In this document: one piece after another, positions 62,047 to 64,000 of the stretch
Layout of the letters: each line of letters begins with the position of its first letter
Numbering within the stretch: the stretch's first letter is position 1
Assembly: GCA_963777155.1 (NCBI GenBank)
Contig: CAVZPM010000001.1
Span: 1-64,000, forward strand
Length of the DNA: 64,000 nucleotides
From: Candidatus Bathyarchaeota archaeon
GTDB lineage: Archaea > Thermoproteota > Bathyarchaeia > Bathyarchaeales > Bathycorpusculaceae
Reading direction: 5' to 3'
Notes under the pieces: generated by a model
The model's database searches: none
What the model was told of the DNA's origin: nothing
The model's input: the letters and a program-made list of their open reading frames with translations, nothing else
Program-made: the position numbers and the translations under genes

Positions 62047-63397
62047 AAAAAACACCATGATAAACGTCGCAGAACGTGCGGTGGAGGCAGCCTTAAAGAT
62101 GGGTGCTCAAGAGGCGGAAGCCTATTCCTACGAGGGGCAAGCCACAAACATCGGTATCGAACTTGGACAAATCAGCAAGACAAACCGGATAATCGACCGA
62201 GGCTTGGGCTTAAGAGTAGCAGCCAATAAGGCAATCGGTTTTGCCTACACAAACATCCTCGATGACCAGAAGGCTATGGAGAACGTTGTTATTGGCGCGC
62301 TTAGTGCTGCGAGGGCAAGCAAACCCGACCCAGACTGGAAGGGACTGCCGCAAAAGAAACCATACTTCCAGACGGCGAAAACCTTTGATAAAAAAATTCT
62401 AGCCCTCACTCCTGAAGAATTGGTTAATGTTGCTACAGAGATGTTGGAGGCTGCTGGTCAAGTGGATAAACGAGTGCTTGCCATAGAAGGAGGTGTAGGC
62501 GCAGGATATGTTTCAGTTGCCATCGTTAACTCAAACGATGTAACAGGCTTTGATCGAGGAACGGTAGTAGAGTGCAGTTTGGCGACGTTGGCTAAGGAAG
62601 GTTCAACTGTGGCGCCTATGTGTTTTGAATTTAACGCTGCAAGAAACTTTAGCCTTGATCCCAGTTGGGTCGGCAGAGAAGCAGCAAAGATGTCGATTTC
62701 AGCATTAAAAACTAAGTCTGTTGAAACAAAATCGGGGAAAGTCATCCTGACCCAGTTTGCGCTCCAAGAACTCTTAACTCACACAGTAATCAACGCTATA
62801 AGAGCTGACAGTATGCAGAGAGGGCAATCGCCTTTTAAGGGGAAAATCGGGGAAAAAGTCGCTTCAGAGAACCTCACCATCTTTGACGATGGACTACTTG
62901 CTGGCGGGTTACGCACGGCAGTCTTTGACGGTGAAGGAGTGCCACATCAAAAAACATCTGTCATAGAGAAGGGTGTTCTGCGTAGTTTCCTCTACGACAA
63001 CTATTCAGCTAAAAAAGAGGGTGCTGAGAGCACTGGTAACGCATCAAGAGCAGGATACCTCTCTACACCCAGCATAGATACCACAAACTTTCACATAATC
63101 CCCGGAAACAAAACCCAAGATGAAATGCTAAGCGAAGTTGACGATGGCTTAATAGTCTATTATTTGCAGGGTGCCCATAGTAGCAATCCTGTAAGCGGCG
63201 AATTCTCGGTGGTAGCAACTCCAGCTTGGAAGATAAAGGATGGGGAAATCACTCATTGTTCACGGGGTGTAATGTTGGCAGGCAACATATTTGAGCTGCT
63301 TAAAAACATCAGCGTAGTCGGCGGTAACGAGAGGCAGATGGGTTCTTTGATTGCTCCATGGATCGAGGTTGAGAATGTCCGTGTGATTGGACAGTAA
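62033..63397 (+). CDS. pmbA: TldE/PmbA subunit
   Basis: [21 protein letters not shown]; no HExxH. Confidence 0.9.
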   Translation: MAVLEKNTMINVAERAVEAALKMGAQEAEAYSYEGQATNIGIELGQISKTNRIIDRGLGLRVAANKAIGFAYTNILDDQKAMENVVIGALSAARASKPDPDWKGLPQKKPYFQTAKTFDKKILALTPEELVNVATEMLEAAGQVDKRVLAIEGGVGAGYVSVAIVNSNDVTGFDRGTVVECSLATLAKEGSTVAPMCFEFNAARNFSLDPSWVGREAAKMSISALKTKSVETKSGKVILTQFALQELLTHTVINAIRADSMQRGQSPFKGKIGEKVASENLTIFDDGLLAGGLRTAVFDGEGVPHQKTSVIEKGVLRSFLYDNYSAKKEGAESTGNASRAGYLSTPSIDTTNFHIIPGNKTQDEMLSEVDDGLIVYYLQGAHSSNPVSGEFSVVATPAWKIKDGEITHCSRGVMLAGNIFELLKNISVVGGNERQMGSLIAPWIEVENVRVIGQ

Positions 63398-63439
63398 ACC
63401 TTCAATCTCATGGCTATAGTTCTTTTTGTTTTAGCAGTA

Positions 63440-64000
63440 TTAAGCCCAGAAACTCTTTGAGTATTCGCCTAAAACGCCCTCGTATATGCGTTTAGTCTGT
63501 TGAGCGATTTTTTCCCAATCATACTTCTCTTGTACACGTTTGTATGCGTTTTCGCGGAGTTGTTTAGCGTAGTACCCGTCAAGCAAGACCTTTGTTATGC
63601 CCCAAGCCAGTGAATCAGGGTTGTTCGGGTAAACCTTTACTCCCGTAATGTCGTGTTCGATGATTTCTGATAAGCCGCCGGTGTCAGAAGCAACCACTGG
63701 ACTTTGCGCGGCCATAGCTTCCAAAGCGACGATTCCGAAGGGTTCAAAAAGCGAAGGCACAACTGACACGTCAGAGCATCTCTGCAGCTTAAGAAGAGAC
63801 GGCTCATCTAGAAAACCTTGGAACAGTACTTTATGCTCAAGACCCATGCTGCGTACGATGTTTAGCAATTGCTCTTTCATGTAGCCACTGCCGACGATTA
63901 TGAATTTGGCGTTGACTTTGCTCAGGATTTTTGGGACAGCATTAATCAGCACATGGATGCCTTTCTCGTAGACCAAGCGCCCGACGAAGAGAACGATTTT
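63440..64000 (-). CDS. Glycosyltransferase family 4 (5' part outside the window)
   Basis: KIVLFVGRLVYEKG, PSLFEPFGIVALEAMA. Confidence 0.88.
   Translation of the reverse strand, partial: KIVLFVGRLVYEKGIHVLINAVPKILSKVNAKFIIVGSGYMKEQLLNIVRSMGLEHKVLFQGFLDEPSLLKLQRCSDVSVVPSLFEPFGIVALEAMAAQSPVVASDTGGLSEIIEHDITGVKVYPNNPDSLAWGITKVLLDGYYAKQLRENAYKRVQEKYDWEKIAQQTKRIYEGVLGEYSKSFWA

Noticed and set aside
1285-63884. Numerous 60-140 aa ORFs antisense or out of frame within assigned genes
   Set aside because: These are shadow ORFs of well-supported genes, except those used above as frameshifted continuations.

Overview
Archaeal chromosomal window, most consistent with Bathyarchaeia (TACK). The assignment is inferred from eS25, eS26, eS1 and eS17, an HMf-type histone, Alba, class I LysRS, a thermosome, Tes, CofD, TTG-rich starts and a large secreted PQQ-like beta-propeller. 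Most of the window is housekeeping genes plus one tRNA-Arg(GCG). It also holds a vapBC islet, a surface-glycan cluster (about 40-50 kb) and an Fe-S operon. At least nine genes are broken by single-base indels, mostly +1 insertions. This looks like long-read assembly error, so single-base oddities are treated cautiously. The best candidate for an undescribed system is the operon at 50166-53402. It encodes an IscS-fold protein that has lost most PLP/substrate-binding residues but keeps its Cys loop, an IscU with a long C-terminal tail, an intact SufS-type desulfurase lacking a canonical start, and a small coupled Cys-containing protein. Other highlights are a beta-propeller/GT-C glycosyltransferase fusion, a PspA-less YdjG/YdjI-like operon, a TrpY-trpB2 divergon with a paired TRP box, a candidate C/D box sRNA, and structured 5' leaders on albA and on the large surface-protein gene.
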